A DNA stretch of 64,000 nucleotides from the IMG/VR virus record IMGVR_UViG_3300031087_000497; one strand, given 5' to 3'. Positions within the stretch are counted from its first letter, which is position 1. Each line of letters opens with the position of its first letter. The position numbers and the translations under genes were made by a program. The DNA is from an uncultured virus (IMG/VR IMGVR_UViG_3300031087_000497) (lineage: Duplodnaviria; Heunggongvirae; Uroviricota; Caudoviricetes). The notes below the pieces were generated by a model that searched no databases, had not been told where the DNA came from, and saw nothing but the letters and a program-made list of their open reading frames with translations. Shown in pieces: positions 62,430-64,000 of the stretch.

Positions 62430-64000
62430 CTTGAACCAGGCCGGTGCGCTATCGCCGATCGACCGTGCGCGACTGAGCGCCGAGCTGTTGCAGATTCGCG
62501 CGAGCCTTTTAGGAGCATCACTACCACCGATTGAGCGGGTTCGGTCCAGTGCCCGAGGGTTGGCCATTCGCGCGCAGCTTGGCCAGCCAACGAAACCTGG
62601 TGCTGATGAAGGCCAGGCTGCGTTTGAGAAGGCGCGTCAGTTCTACCAGGAACACCTCAAAGGGCAATTGATTCAGTCTGTGGTGGGGCCGGTGATCGTT
62701 AATAGCGCCGGTTGGAAGAAGTCAAAGCAAGGCATGAAGTCTGACCTGTTGAAAGCCAGGCTGATTGAGTACGTGCGGGAGATCCTGGAAACCGGTACTG
62801 CTGGCCAGCGGCAAGAACCGCACAAAGACCGTAATGACGGGCTTATCGCGTTCTACTTCATTCAGAAACAGGTGCGCGTCGACGACCTGCTGGTGACCGC
62901 AGGTGTAACGGTGGCCGAGGATGCAAAGGGGAACCTGTTTTACAGCATTTCTCATGCAGACAGGGACGCTTGGAAGGCATATAAAAACGGCGTACCGGAT
63001 TATGCAGGGGTAGGGCCCCGCTCCGGTGACGCCGATGACGGAATACTTGATGGCCTGCCACAAGTGCAGGAATCAGATGCCGACCAAGACACTGTAGCAG
63101 ACGATGATATCAATATCACCATCCTGGCGGTGGTAGCTGTTGAGTCGAGCGCTGTACCAGTACCGGCATCAAAAGGCGCCCAGGCCATCGCCACAGGTGT
63201 ATTGCCGCAGAAGAATGGCGGCGTGCTGGTGGTGGGTGACCCTCAAGCCTTGGATGCCTACGCAAAGACCTACCTAGACCAGGCCAAGTACACCCTGGCC
63301 TCCACCGGGTTGCTGCTGAGTAAAAGTCAGGTGCGCCTGGCGCAATACCTACCCGCCACACAGGAAGTCTTGCCCTCGGGAGCGGTGATCTACACCTACG
63401 CGGAGATTGGCGGCGTGTCGGTGGCCGTTGGACGGGAGTTGTCAGGGATTGCCCGCGACCTGATTGAACTGAAAAGCCTGATGGCCCAGGAATGGGGCCC
63501 CGACAAGTTCAAGAGTGTGTTTGGTGAGGATGCGGCGGCGAAGGACGTGCAGGCCTACCAGGAAGGCCAGGCGGCAATTGCGCAGCGCAAACAGGACAAT
63601 ATCGACGGGGCCGCGCAGGCGCTGGCGGATCAGAAGCTGGCGCAGGAGTCGGAGAGCGCCAGGGTAGCCGCCGTAGCCGAAGAAACAGCAACGATCCTGA
63701 GTCAGCGGGATGCAGACGCCCGCGCCTACTTCGCAAAGACCCTCGGCGCCGGAAAGTCAGAAAACCCCATTTACCAAGCCTACCTAGACACCCTGGAAGA
63801 GTTGCCCACTTACGAGGCGGGCAACAACGCGGGTTTCTTGGGGTGGGCTGGTATCCGCGCGGGTGAGTTTGAGCGGCAGGGCGGCGGGCGCGTTTCGATG
63901 AACCACGATGCTTACCTGGCCTATGTCCGGGGTTGGGCAGATGAGCACTTGTCTGATCGGGTGAAGGGCCACGCGCGCGGCCAGCCGGAGGAAGCACAGA
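62422..64000 (+). CDS. Large polyvalent protein (LPD3-like domain; possibly DarB-like), truncated by the window end
   Basis: Open frame from ATG 62422 to the end; MSNLNQAGALSPIDRARLSAELL..; GPVIVNSAGWKKSK; absent from the ORF track because it has no stop. Confidence 0.75.
   Translation, partial: MSNLNQAGALSPIDRARLSAELLQIRASLLGASLPPIERVRSSARGLAIRAQLGQPTKPGADEGQAAFEKARQFYQEHLKGQLIQSVVGPVIVNSAGWKKSKQGMKSDLLKARLIEYVREILETGTAGQRQEPHKDRNDGLIAFYFIQKQVRVDDLLVTAGVTVAEDAKGNLFYSISHADRDAWKAYKNGVPDYAGVGPRSGDADDGILDGLPQVQESDADQDTVADDDINITILAVVAVESSAVPVPASKGAQAIATGVLPQKNGGVLVVGDPQALDAYAKTYLDQAKYTLASTGLLLSKSQVRLAQYLPATQEVLPSGAVIYTYAEIGGVSVAVGRELSGIARDLIELKSLMAQEWGPDKFKSVFGEDAAAKDVQAYQEGQAAIAQRKQDNIDGAAQALADQKLAQESESARVAAVAEETATILSQRDADARAYFAKTLGAGKSENPIYQAYLDTLEELPTYEAGNNAGFLGWAGIRAGEFERQGGGRVSMNHDAYLAYVRGWADEHLSDRVKGHARGQPEEAQ

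Larger units (their letters stand above)
1..64000. mobile_element. P1-like phage-plasmid (contractile-tail prophage replicating as a plasmid), partial
   Basis: Terminase, portal, baseplate, tail fibre and PAAR genes together with iteron replicon, ParA/RHH partition, TA, C4 RNA, ref and DarA-like genes; no housekeeping chromosomal context. Confidence 0.9.

Noticed and set aside
1..64000. tRNA or rRNA genes
   Set aside because: None recognised by eye; tRNAscan-SE would be needed to exclude them

Overview
The window is most of a P1-like (phage-plasmid) myovirus genome, very probably from Pseudomonas (host-like yejK and csrA/rsmA genes, S-pyocin-like gene); the host is inferred, not shown. From left to right it contains: (1) a control region with a LexA box, a complete 77-nt C4-type antisense RNA with both target sites, a ColE2/pPT23A-type primase-replicase with antisense RNA and internal origin, and ref; (2) two early operons of small genes driven by a duplicated 54-bp promoter/operator; (3) a packaging region in which the intact large terminase is flanked by two separately encoded, apparently catalytically dead half-terminase paralogues (ATPase-only upstream, nuclease-only downstream), the most unusual feature of the window; (4) an accessory block with ParDE toxin-antitoxin, a serine resolvase, four small genes each led by the same repeat, and an SOS-boxed Ntox44 bacteriocin-like gene; (5) portal, protease, tape measure with GH19 domain, baseplate, two tail-fibre/chaperone pairs, spike and PAAR; (6) a nuclease-SNF2-ASCH operon, an iteron replicon, a type Ib par system and large polyvalent DarA/DdrB/DarB-like head proteins. 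Ten copies of a fixed-spacing late-promoter motif, G[C/T/A]AAA[C/G][C/G]-N28-nAnnnT, precede virion and packaging genes. Major capsid, sheath and lysis genes were not recognised in this window. All family calls are by-eye motif recognition; no database search was run.
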